DNA of 64,000 bases from Chrysomallon squamiferum (taxonomy: Eukaryota > Animalia > Mollusca), in assembly GCA_012295275.1 (NCBI GenBank), contig CM022670.1, positions 6,200,001 to 6,264,000 on the forward strand, written 5' to 3'. Positions 1 to 11,017 of the stretch are shown here, piece after piece. The translations under genes were made by a program, and so were the position numbers. The notes under the pieces were generated by a model that saw nothing but the letters and a program-made list of their open reading frames with translations, was not told the DNA's origin and made no database searches. Within the stretch, counting starts at the first letter, position 1. Each line of letters begins with the position of its first letter.

Positions 1-70
1 AGTAAATAAAAATTAAAATAAATAAAAGATTTTTGTTATTAAAGAAGACAAAATTATTTTAAAATCTCAC

Positions 71-161
71 TCTTGTGCTTGGTTCAGTTTTATTTCGACT
101 GTTGTCAACTCTGTGTCGAAACTTTCGCTGTCGCAAACATTGTTTAAACTTTCCTCCATTT
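71..161 (-). CDS. RAD50: RAD50 coding exon 22 ([30 protein letters not shown])
   Basis: 91 nt; tttcag acceptor, gtgaga donor; VCDSESF resembles VCGSQDF, which precedes the zinc hook. Confidence 0.9.
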
Positions 162-2344
162 CTGAAAAAATAAATAACAGAATTATGTTTGATATTTAAA
201 TTATTATATATGTGTTTTATTTGTTAATGAAATAAATTTAAAAAAAAGTGTAAAAAGTAAAAAAAGCTTACCTCTCAGTTTTCTTTCATAACTTTTAATT
301 TGTTCACTGAAAATAATAGATTTATAAAAATAAAATATTAAATAATGTATGCAAAACAATAGTGAAGAAAAAAAGAAAATTGAATAATTAAAGCTTAGCT
401 GTCTTCTTTCTCTTTAAATACTAAATAACATACATTTCTATTCTCCACTTAGAGCTAATAAATAAATAAATAAATAAAAATAAATACATACACACACAAA
501 CACACAGAGGAAATAACTGATTACTATTTCAAGATATCAATTTTATCCTGCAAAGGTGAGAATGCCTATTTGCAGCAAAGCTCTTCTGAGCTCCATTTGA
601 CAACAATGGTAATAAACTTATATCATACCTAAGCATACTTTTTTCTTGTTCCTTAGCTGAACACTTTTCTTTTAACTTCTGCAGTTCAGTGGAACACGCA
701 TTCACCTGCACATGCTGTTGTCTACAACAGACAATGTTGTACTGTGACTACACTAATAAATACTAGCAACATGTTTTTAAAACAGATTTTTTGTAATATT
801 TTCCTACAAATCAAACTTGTAAAAAGAAACTGTAATTTTCTTTCAGGATTGATATTTGTGCTGACATTAATTTTGTGTTGATATTTGTGTTGTTATTTGT
901 ACAAATACATCTCTAGATATTTGTATTGGTACTTGTGTTGATATTGGTGTTGTTATTTGTATCCAGTATTATTTCTGATCAGTTGGTGTTAATGACTTAC
1001 AATTTTTGGATGGTTTTAGTGTGTACACACTTTATTTCATGCATTCAGATAAGGAAATCTTAACCTATAGATTGGCTTATAGGCCACATTTGTGTTTGAA
1101 TATTTGATTTCTGTACATCTATGTTAATTTAGAAACATCTGAAGTCCAAAGCATTAATATGTTACAACAGATAGGTTAATATGGTATAAGAAAAAGGGTT
1201 CGTATGATACAAGACAAATGGTTAATATGGTTTAAGAAAAAGGGTTTATATGGTATAAGGAAATAAGAGTTAATATGGTATAAGAAAATAAGAGTTAATA
1301 TGGGATAAGAAAATAAGGTTTAATATGGTACAAGAAAAAGGGTGAATATGCACAAGATAAAGAGTTAATATGATATATTCACCCCATGTATTCCTCTATC
1401 TTTCCTCGTATGTTGTGTTCTGGCATGTGACCTAACAAGTAGGTTATTGTGTCTTCATGTTTAGCTTTTCTGAAATCAGAAATTTTACCACTGATATATT
1501 TTTACAGACAGGAGTCAGACAGTCGCAAATGTGAGAGCTCTACAAGTACAAAATGTTTTGATCTGAAAAAGTAACTGCTATGGTGTTCTGGACGTAAACA
1601 TATTATTTGATAAGCAAGGAGAAACAAGTACAAAATGATATCAACAGTATGTTCAAAATAATAGCCTCTTTGTATCTCTTATGACTTGTTATCTCAATGT
1701 CAAGTTTAATTATTAACAAAAATATGTGTGTTTGTGTTCTATGTGCATATGTACAAGTGTGCATATATCTTAACAACAAACCACACAAGCAAGCAAATAA
1801 AGTTTTTGAAACTTTCCATCTCTATCATCACAGGTATTCATTATTTATATTTAAATCTTTCACATGTACAGCAGTCAAAAATTTCAAAGTTAACAACCAT
1901 TTTTCTTCTAAATGTAAACTGATATATATCTAAAATAAAATGAGACACAATTACTAAAACTATTTTTTTTTTATAGTACTTTTTTTACTGCACAAAGGAG
2001 AAGAGAAGAAATTGTTGAAAAAAAACCCGAAACTTACAAACGTTCAACGTTCTCACTCTTAGAAAGTTTATCTTTCTTGAGCATGTCAAGCTCAGTTTGA
2101 GCATTCGACTGTCGATGTAACTGATTCAGTTCAGAGCTGGAAATTAATTAAAACTGTATATAATCTCTTAAAATTAGCAAAATAAATGAATAAATAAACA
2201 TGGAAATAATTAAAATTGTCTAAAAACTCTCATAATTGACAAAATAAATATACAATAAAAAAAAAAAAATATAAATAAATAAATAAAAGTTAAAAAAATA
2301 AATAATAAAAAAAAATAATAAAAAAATAATAATAAAATTAAAAT

Positions 2345-2377
<33 letters not shown>

Positions 2378-5300
2378 GAAATTTTCCCAATTATGAAAGT
2401 AAGGATATATGAACAAAAAAAAAAAAAAAAAAAAAAAAATAATACTTTTTTAAATTTTTTTTTTATAGCTCAGTAAAAAACATTCATAATTAGTTAAATA
2501 AATATGTAATAAAAAAAAAAAAAAAAAAAAAAATAATAATGAAAAAATAAATAAATTAGTCAATTTAATTTCAAGATGTACTTTGTTATCTTTCATGTAG
2601 AACCAATAAAAAACTGAAAATAGTAAAAAAAAAAAGAAAGTTACTTGAGATCACTCAGAGTGTTTTCAAGATGTCTTTTCTCTTTGTCTTTTTCTGTGAT
2701 TTCTTTCTTAATCTCCTCTGTGTTCACTGACCTCTCAGTTTTCTCTAAATCATCAACCTAAAACAGTGTTTTAACACTTTCATCAATTCTAACATATACA
2801 GTATGTATATATGCATTTAGGAATTAACATCCTGCTGTCTTATGTACGTCTGATTAGACTCTGCACACAGACAACATGCAGGAACAAACTGGCGCAGGAG
2901 GAAGAAGTCCAATCACGACCTAACAAAATCCCATCAGATGCCCCTGAGAAACACTCAAATGTATGGCAGCCATTTTCCTGCACTCCAGTGGTGGTAGATA
3001 CCACTTGAACACCAAGACATCTTTAAAAAAGATAGCTCAGTAATCACTTCCTAGATACAGTGATAAAGTTCACGTGTGTATTTTTGTCTAAAATATTACA
3101 TGAAAATCAGACAAATAGAGATGAATTTATTTAACTTGGTTAAACAAAATATAAATTATATTAAAAAATTAAAGGAAACAAAATGTCACCCTTCCTTAAA
3201 AAAATAAAACAAAAAGAAAAAATATTAACAAATACAAAAGCAAATAAATTACAAAAAAGAAAAAATATTTTAGAGTGATAAAAAAGTTTTCCCCAAAGCC
3301 CAAGCAAGGAACAAATATTTATAAAATAAAAAAGAACACTGTAAAGTTAAAACACTTACAGTGTGTTTGAGATCCTGGTTAACATTATCAAATCTTCTCA
3401 CTGAACTTTTCATCCTACTCAACTTCTGATTAATATTATATATCTCAGAACTGTTCTTTTTCTGAAAACACAAATATAAAAAATTTATATCATAATTTCT
3501 GTTAGATATATTTTAAAAATCTTAGTTTAATTGCCTTTAGATTAATAACAGAAATGAAATGTGCCTAATTTTTTTTTCTAAAATTTAAATTTGGTTTAAA
3601 AAACAAACTGAAAAAAAAACAAAAAACTTCATTACCAAGTATGTTTATAAATAAATTCCATTACAAATATCCTCCTAAAGCCAGACAGTTGAATTAAACA
3701 AAGAAAGAAATATTTTTCAAATTAGAATATATTTTTATTATCTGCGAGTTTCTTTTTCAGGAATTTATTAAAATGTTTCTTTGCAATATCAAAACAACAA
3801 ACTAATTATATTTACTGTGACTGGGTTAACAAAATTTCAAATACAAAGATGATGACACACTGTGTGATTAAATAAAAAGTGTTTAACAACACTCTACATA
3901 CCATGTTGTCTTTCTTCATGTCTATTTTCTGTTTTAGTTTTGTATTACTTTCTTGTAGCTCTTCTATTTTCCTCTGAATTATTGATTCCTTCTTCTCATA
4001 CTTTACCTTAAAAAAAAAAAAAAATATATATGTAGCAAAAAACCAACAATAAAAATAAATAAATACTATGAAAACAAGAACAATCAATCAATAAATCAAA
4101 TTTACACCAACAATTTTAATAAGTATTTTCTTATACTAATAACAGTGATGGATTACAAATTTAATAGGAAAAAACCCAGAAAGAAAATGCCTTCTTAATT
4201 TAAAAAAACTCAATTAAAACAAACTGAAAACTGACTATATTCTATTGATAATATTAATCAGGGGTCTTTTTGTTCTGTTCTGTTTTTAGCTATTTACAAT
4301 TATTTTTAATCTGTTAATTTAAAAAGTGTCGGACATTTTAAAATCAGCAACATGTAATATTTTGAAGTAGTGCAATACCTTCAGATCTTTCGTATTGTTT
4401 GACAAAGTCTCCAATTTGTTTTTCATGTTTACAAAAAACCTTCTGTATTTATCTGGTGTTATCTCACCTGTGTCCAGTCCTGAAAATTTTTTTTTTTATT
4501 ACTAATTTATAAAAATAGAAATCTGAGAGGAAATCAACTGTTGACATGAACTGTAGGTTTCATTAAAGAGTAGCAGTGTATTTGAAATAGCAAAATCATC
4601 TTAATGTTTTATGCTGTATAATGTAAACAATTACTAGCCATTCTAACTTTAATGTAAACAGTTACTAGCCATTTCTAAGTTTATTGTAAACAATTACAAA
4701 CCTTCAAACTGGTATTCTGTAGCCAGTTTGTGAATCTTGTCATCTCTTTTCTTCACACTGTTATCACGATTCTGAAACAAGAAAAAACAGAGAATAAATA
4801 TACTGCACTTCAGTCATTTTTCTTTCAAAATAAAAAAAGAAAAATAGTCCTTCATAAAAATTAATACATTTGTTTACAACTCAAACTTTGTGAATTTCAT
4901 TTGTAAAAAAAATTTGTTTAACTCTAAATTGTTTACAGACTTCATTTAGAACATAACTTTAAAACAGACTTCATTTACATAACTCTAAATTTTTACAGAC
5001 TTCACTTGTAACATAACTCCAAAAACTTCATTTTAACATAACTCCAAAATTGTTTACAGACTTCATTTATTACATAACTCCAAACTGTTTTGTAACATAA
5101 CTCCAAACTGTTTACAGACCTCTGCTTCCTGTTGAAGTTTTCCTACTTCGAGTAAAAGTTGAGTCCTTTCATTTTCTAATTGCTCCAACTCGCAGGTCAA
5201 GTCTTCCTTTTGCTTTTCTAACTGTAAACACAAAAACAAAGACTAGTTAACTGTCAACAGATTCAACCTCATAAATAAATCCAACTCTAAAATAACAGTT

Positions 5301-8300
5301 CAGTACACTTTAACACTAATGGCTGCTTGGTAGATTTTTAATAATGATAATAATATAAAAATGGGAATTAACTGATTAGTTTAGTTGTAAAAAAAAAAAA
5401 ATATATATATATAGAAAGAAATAAAACTGACCTCAACAAGTTGGGTTTTGGTGGCTGCAACTTTGCTTTCAAACTCAGATAAGGTTTTTTTCAACTCAGC
5501 TGTGGAACCTGTAAACATTTTGCATTATAAATTTATTACATGTGACCTGAAATTCTAAGTTCAAATTATACAACAATAACCTTTCTCTGTTTTCAATCAA
5601 ATTACTGTTCTATATTAATGAACAAATCTTTTTTTTTTTAAATTCAGTAGCAACACATTATATAAAACTTACTGCAAAGTCATGAAACTCACTGTAAATT
5701 CATGAAACTGTGAAGTCACGAAACTCACTGTAAATTCATAAAATTCACTGTAGTCATGAAATTCACTGTAAATTCATAAAACTCACTGTAGTCATGAAAT
5801 TCACTATAAATTCATGAAACTCACCTGTAAAGTCATTTTTGATGTTTTCTTTCAGTTCGTCAATACTCCTCATTAAGTGCTGCATGTCACTTGATACCTT
5901 TTCTAAAATAAACAAAAATTAAAATATAAATAAGATTTTTAAAATCTTGGTGTTTATGCATGTGTGTTAAAAAAAAAAACAACCAAAGTTTCCTAAAGAT
6001 AGACATTAATACAGAAATTTGGTATTTACCTTTTTTAAGACTAATTTGATGAATTTCATTTGCTTTAGTTTCAATCTGCTGCAGCTTATCCTGAAAAAGA
6101 AAATGAAAAAAAAAAAAAAAAAGAAATAAAATAAATAAATAACCTAGATAGAAAAAAAATAAAAACCTAGATAGACAGACAAATAAATAAATAAATAAAT
6201 ACTAAACACTTTACAACAAAACAGTATGGTCAAACATACAAAATATAAAAACAAACTTAGAAATTTCAGACACAATGTATAGTATAACACTGATATTCAA
6301 ACTTCAGTTGTTAATAAAAAACAAAAGAAGTAAAAAAATAAAAACTACTCTCTACTCTCTTACCTCAATTGGTTTCAGCTTTGCGTTAAAGTTATCAACA
6401 GTTTCCTTCGAAGCAGCCAACTTTGCTTCATATTCAGTAAGGTTACTTTCCAGCTGAAATAAAACATTTCAGTGCTACATTATTACCCATCATAACACCT
6501 CTAAATTTCTAAATCTCTAAAAAGATATAACTATATATATACATATATATTTATATATACACTACTTACCTCACTGGCTTTATCTCTGTGTTGTTTCAAA
6601 TATTTGATCTCTTCACGGAACACCTTTATATTCTGATCCTATTGAAAAAAAAAAAATAATAATAAAAAATGATTTCCATTAAACAAAATACAAATATACT
6701 TTTTGAACAAATTATAAATAAAATCACAAATGAAATACTAAAAAAAATTATAAATAAAAGATATTTCCATTAAAAAATAAAATAATAAAAATATATTAAA
6801 AAGAAAAGAATAAAATAAAATAAGAATTATTATTTCATAAACAGAATTAAGAACTGTAATCCAATTTTCATGCAGTACTTTGATTCCGATTTATTTTTAT
6901 AATAATTTAACTTTTTTCCTTGCAGATAAATTCCACCTTTCTTAAATTATTGCTGCCATTTTGTTGATACAAGGAACTGATAACTGTTTGTGATGGAGTT
7001 TCATTTAACAGTTATTTATTGTTAAATTTAAAAGAAACAACAGTTTTAAGATTTAATATTTTACCCAAAGATGAGCAACATTCATATAAGACTGAATATT
7101 GTGTACAAAAAAAACAAAAAACAAAAAAATAACATGGAATCATTTTTTTGAATATGTCTCTGTGGTTTTAATAAATATAAACATTCTTTTCTTTATTTTG
7201 TTGGCTTTATCTCTTATTAAAATTAATTTTTGATTTATAAACTGTTGCTGTTAATAATTTAGTTGCACTTATTTTCATACATCTGTTCTTAATAATAACT
7301 TACCTGTTTTTGTTTTATTAATGCTGCTAATTCACTCATTTTGTACTTAATTAATTTACCTGTTCTTGTTTTAATTTTCGGATTGTCTCGAGAACCTTGG
7401 TATATCGTGTAGAGGCAAAGATAGCATCAAACTTTTCTTTCAAGGCCTTCCCCTCAGACAGAGGCCTGTAAGAATGAACTAAATGTTTAACAATTAAAAT
7501 TTTTGTTTTAGAACTTTAATTCATTGGTAAATTAATTTAATATTTAACAATTCTAAACTTTTCTTTCAGAGCTTTTCACAGGGAATGACCTGTAAGAATT
7601 AATTTAACAATGCTACAACAAATTTAATATTGTTTTCGTAAAGAGGAAACCCTCTGAAGTCATTCTAATATAACAAAAGCTGATACACTTTTTGACAATG
7701 ATGCTGCACAAGAACAGCACACACAGTATAAATTATCACAGCTCAGTTTATTAAAGTCGAGGGAAAATTAACATTTCAGCCACAGAACTGGTCTTGAATG
7801 TTATCCAGGGTTTATGAAAATTATAAAATATTTCAAACCAGTTTGCCTCTTCTTGGTGACAGAAGATTACGTTGTCTAACACAGCCTTTGAAACACCAAG
7901 TGCTGAAACCATCTGGAAAAACATCACACTATAGATTGGTCATACTTGTCATAAAAGAACAACAGTCAGTTATTCAAAAGTCAAAAACATAAAGATAAAC
8001 ACAACAGAATTTGTTATTATAATTCTAACTGAATAAAAGTGTTATTCTTTATAAATAAAACAAAATTAAAATGTTCATCTTTGATCACATTAGACAGAAT
8101 GGGAATGTCTACCAGTGAACAAAATTAAATTTTCACTCCACTCATTCAGTGTTTAAAATGTTATTTAAGGAATGCTGTTTCTTTTTTCTTTCTCACTCAG
8201 TGTTTTTAAACTTTGTACACAGTCACACTGTTTAATTATCTACCTCTCTGTCTATTTCTGCACATTTTGATGAAATACTTTTCTTCTCCCCATCAGGGCC

Positions 8301-9260
8301 TCGTCTTGTAATTACCCCTTCTAATGTCCGGCATTCAACCTTTTTCACCTGAAACATAAAATTATAAAGAAATATAAAGTAATATAAATATATTAAGATA
8401 CATATGTATAAATATAAAATAATAAGCTATGATACAAAACATCTGTAATATTGATTGTGGCACACAAATTATAAATTACCTTATTATCTAAAACCTGCCA
8501 TTGGCAGTAAAAAAACCAACAAATACATAAATAATAATAATAATAAAATAAATATATATATATATATACATGGACAGGAGAGCAAACATCAAAGTGACTA
8601 AAGATGGGAGATGTAGGAGAGACCAGACTTCAACTCAGTGTTTATACAGACTACAATACAATACACAACAGTGAGTCGACTGGATTTTTTCCAGTTTCAG
8701 CCACTGACAGCAGTGAGATGTTTATCAAAATAAAATTTTAAAATTACTTTCTGAGTGGCTGTCATGGATCGTTGCACAATACACTGCTGATTGGTGACGT
8801 CACGCAACTGTAGTCGAATCTGACCTTTGACCTCTCGCTCATTGGCAACCTAAAACAAAATAAATAATAATAAATATTAAAAACAGATATCAATGAAAAT
8901 AATAACAAAAAAAAAAAAATAAAATAAAATTAATAAAAATAAAATAAAAAAATAAATAAATAAATAAATTGAAAAAATTTAAAAAAAATATGTAATAAGA
9001 AAAATAAGAAAACTTATTTTATTTTTCAAAACTTACATAACATATTATTTTACACATTACTGAACCTTGTGTATTAGTTATATATAAAATAAACAAAAAC
9101 TGATATTTACTTTAATTACTATTACACAAATTTAAAACATCAGAATTTACCTTTGGGTCATGAATAAAGGCTGCACCCTTTGCTCCAGGTGGAGAGCAGC
9201 CAGAGGTCATGTACCTTAAACATTCTATAATAGTCTGAAATAGTAAAAAATAACATTAAA

Positions 9261-9322
<62 letters not shown>

Positions 9323-9853
9323 ATGTATTTATATATTTATTTATTTTATTATTATTTTGTTTTTAAAAAAGGTTTAGGTGCAAAATATTTTAATTACAAC
9401 AAGTTGTAATATGTGGATTTGAAAATGATATTCAAATGAAAACTCTAATATGGAATATAAGAATATCCTCCAGAGCAATGAACAGAAAAAAATTGTTCTG
9501 CAAGTATGCTTAGTATTTGTCTAACAGGAACTTGTTAGTAAGAATTTAATTATTAACAGTTGATACAGTATTTGCTGTCAAACAAATTATCCTCAACGAT
9601 AATCACACTCAGTAAAACATATACTAACTATATAATTATGTTCAAGGTTATGTGGAAATGATACATGGATACATATATACATTTTTTTTAGTGACAAATG
9701 TAACAAGATAGAAAATATAATTACTGTTTTTCCAGTTCCATTAGGTCCCAGAATGAGTGTAAGTGGAGTGAAAAATGTTATGACTTGTTTGTTAGGATCA
9801 TCTGGGCCAAAACTTCGGATTCCTTGAATACTCAACTTTTCTATCATAGACAT
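71..9853 (-). CDS. RAD50: DNA repair protein RAD50 (MRN complex SMC-like ATPase), 5' half; 22 coding exons in window, continues beyond left edge
   Basis: The N-terminus [17 protein letters not shown]...[13 protein letters not shown] carries the Walker A motif. It is followed by TIIECLRY...[48 protein letters not shown] (Q-loop region) and coiled-coil exons. All 22 exons join in frame through GT-AG introns (1973 nt). Confidence 0.97.
272..306 (-). CDS. RAD50: RAD50 coding exon 21 (EQLKVMKEKLR), short 35-nt exon
   Basis: tttcag acceptor, gtaagc donor; its phase 2/1 is required to link exons 20 and 22. Confidence 0.85.
629..721 (-). CDS. RAD50: RAD50 coding exon 20 ([30 protein letters not shown])
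   Basis: 93 nt, phase 2/2; ttgtag acceptor, gtatga donor. Confidence 0.88.
848..960. repeat. Degenerate ~12-bp [13 protein letters not shown] (ttgatatttgtg-like) in a RAD50 intron
   Basis: Repeated gatatttgtg/gttatttgt units. Confidence 0.6.
1165..1378. repeat. ~24-25-bp [13 protein letters not shown] (gttaatatggtataagaaaaaggg), ~8-9 copies
   Basis: Directly visible tandem units ending next to the exon 19 donor. Confidence 0.85.
1383..1469 (-). CDS. RAD50: RAD50 coding exon 19 ([28 protein letters not shown])
   Basis: 87 nt, phase 2/2; tttcag acceptor, gtgaat donor; resembles the RAD50 RHSDELTSLLGYFP segment. Confidence 0.9.
2038..2136 (-). CDS. RAD50: RAD50 coding exon 18 ([32 protein letters not shown])
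   Basis: 99 nt, phase 2/2; ttccag acceptor, gtaagt donor. Confidence 0.92.
2645..2757 (-). CDS. RAD50: RAD50 coding exon 17 ([37 protein letters not shown])
   Basis: 113 nt, ends phase 2; ttttag acceptor, gtaact donor. Confidence 0.9.
3360..3461 (-). CDS. RAD50: RAD50 coding exon 16 ([34 protein letters not shown])
   Basis: 102 nt; tttcag acceptor, gtaagt donor. Confidence 0.9.
3902..4006 (-). CDS. RAD50: RAD50 coding exon 15 ([35 protein letters not shown])
   Basis: 105 nt; poly-T plus aag acceptor, gtatgt donor; coiled-coil peptide also visible in the ORF track. Confidence 0.9.
4379..4479 (-). CDS. RAD50: RAD50 coding exon 14 ([34 protein letters not shown])
   Basis: 101 nt; tttcag acceptor, gtattg donor. 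Confidence 0.9.
4702..4771 (-). CDS. RAD50: RAD50 coding exon 13 ([23 protein letters not shown])
   Basis: 70 nt, ends phase 1; tttcag acceptor, gtttgt donor. Confidence 0.9.
4865..5118. repeat. Degenerate [13 protein letters not shown] (aacataactccaaactgtttacagacttcattt-like)
   Basis: Repeated tttacagacttcattt and acataactcc blocks abutting the exon 12 donor. Confidence 0.75.
5120..5221 (-). CDS. RAD50: RAD50 coding exon 12 ([34 protein letters not shown])
   Basis: 102 nt; ttacag acceptor, gtctgt donor; resembles the RAD50 LLVEQGRLQ segment. Confidence 0.92.
5432..5508 (-). CDS. RAD50: RAD50 coding exon 11 ([26 protein letters not shown])
   Basis: 77 nt; ttacag acceptor, gtcagt donor. Confidence 0.9.
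5670..5836. repeat. ~18-20-bp [13 protein letters not shown] (catgaaactcactgtaaatt), ~8 copies, overlapping the exon 10 donor
   Basis: Directly visible tandem units. Confidence 0.85.
5825..5902 (-). CDS. RAD50: RAD50 coding exon 10 ([26 protein letters not shown])
   Basis: 78 nt, phase 1/1; ttttag acceptor, gtgagt donor. Confidence 0.9.
6030..6090 (-). CDS. RAD50: RAD50 coding exon 9 ([20 protein letters not shown])
   Basis: 61 nt, ends phase 1; tttcag acceptor, gtaaat donor. Confidence 0.9.
6364..6453 (-). CDS. RAD50: RAD50 coding exon 8 ([30 protein letters not shown])
   Basis: 90 nt; tttcag acceptor, gtaaga donor. Confidence 0.92.
6570..6638 (-). CDS. RAD50: RAD50 coding exon 7 ([23 protein letters not shown])
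   Basis: 69 nt; caatag acceptor, gtaagt donor. Confidence 0.92.
7360..7465 (-). CDS. RAD50: RAD50 coding exon 6 ([35 protein letters not shown])
   Basis: 106 nt; ttacag acceptor, gtaaat donor. Confidence 0.95.
7839..7912 (-). CDS. RAD50: RAD50 coding exon 5 ([25 protein letters not shown])
   Basis: 74 nt, ends phase 2; ttccag acceptor, weaker gtttga donor; conserved VIFCHQE motif. Confidence 0.94.
8244..8348 (-). CDS. RAD50: RAD50 coding exon 4 ([35 protein letters not shown])
   Basis: 105 nt; tttcag acceptor, gtagat donor. Confidence 0.95.
8748..8849 (-). CDS. RAD50: RAD50 coding exon 3 ([34 protein letters not shown])
   Basis: 102 nt; ttttag acceptor, gtaatt donor. Confidence 0.95.
9151..9234 (-). 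CDS. RAD50: RAD50 coding exon 2 ([28 protein letters not shown])
   Basis: 84 nt; tttcag acceptor, gtaaat donor; RAD50-typical peptide. Confidence 0.95.
9725..9853 (-). CDS. RAD50: RAD50 coding exon 1 ([16 protein letters not shown]...GPNGTGKT); the exon itself begins at 9874 with 21 nt of 5'UTR
   Basis: ATG at 9853-9851; 129 nt, phase 0; donor gtaa at 9724; acceptor ttacag at 9880-9875. Confidence 0.96.
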
Positions 9854-10419
9854 CTTGACTCAACAATGTGTAACCTGTAAAATAAGCAACAAAATATTTA
9901 GAAAACATTTTAGTTCATGAACTTATTTAAGTAAAGATGTACATTGTTGTTTAAAAGATCAAAGATTGAGTTTCTTAAAATAAAAACCACAAAAAAACCA
10001 CAAACAAACCACAACAACAAAATGTATATTAATGGAAATAAATCAAAACTAGTCAGGTTTCTAAATAAAATTAAAAACTAAAAAAAGAGAGAAAAAAAAA
10101 AGAAATTTAATTAAAAAAAAAGAACATAGTAATAACTGAATAATGTTAAAAGAATGTATGACAATTATTCGGAAGCTAAAGTGATATCTTTTTAAACATT
10201 ACATGAAAAAATTAAATCAAAACTAACAATTTGTTTTTTTCTACTTTCACTTTTGAAATCGTTTTCAATCCTGTCTAACGGAAATAGGTGATAAACGAAT
10301 ACACCTCAAACTCAATAATAAACACATTTTAAAAACATGCTTGTGAAATTCTGATTGTGACATTTTATATATCTTTCTTGCATTGATGTGTTTGAGTACA
10401 TGTTGTAAGTATGACTTAC

Positions 10420-10510
10420 TTATTTTATTCTGAGTTTGATAAAAACAAATTAATTAAACACTGTCCTGCTTTGCCCAACATTTCCCGCCATACACTGGTC
10501 TTTAAAGATG
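10420..10510 (-). promoter_or_regulatory. Probable RAD50 non-coding first exon and core promoter with E2F site
   Basis: Coding exon 1 has an acceptor 21 nt upstream of the ATG, implying an upstream exon. A consensus donor gtaagt lies at 10419-10414 and TTTCCCGC (E2F consensus) at 10481-10488. The TSS is not determinable from sequence. Confidence 0.55.
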
Positions 10511-10763
10511 CATTTTAAAGCGTAATAAAAGTATGTACAATACAGATTACTGTATACCAGTGACTAAATAATTTTCCATTACTACCTCGGTATAAAAGAT
10601 CAAAGTTCGTTTTATCTGAAGACTTAATATTCACTGTTTATGGTGATATGACAACGTAATGCTGAATTTGTTATAATTATAAATTATTTTTCACCAGTCA
10701 GTGTCAAACAAATTAAACAAAATATATAAATACGTAATAAATGAAAAAGCAGAAAAATAAACT

Positions 10764-10815
<52 letters not shown>

Positions 10816-10920
10816 GTTTAAAATAAAATAATGACGAAGTGAAAAAGTTATAAGGCGTTATGAGAAGAAGAAGAAAAGAAAAAGAAAAACAATACAACAA
10901 TGACAACAACAAAATACTAT

Positions 10921-10955
<35 letters not shown>

Positions 10956-10985
10956 ATAATAATAATACACTATTACTACTAGTAT

Positions 10986-11017
<32 letters not shown>

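Noticed and set aside
9593-9724. C-terminal part of the 86-aa ORF after GKT
   Set aside because: Intron read-through; RAD50 similarity stops exactly at the gtaa donor and resumes in the exon at 9234
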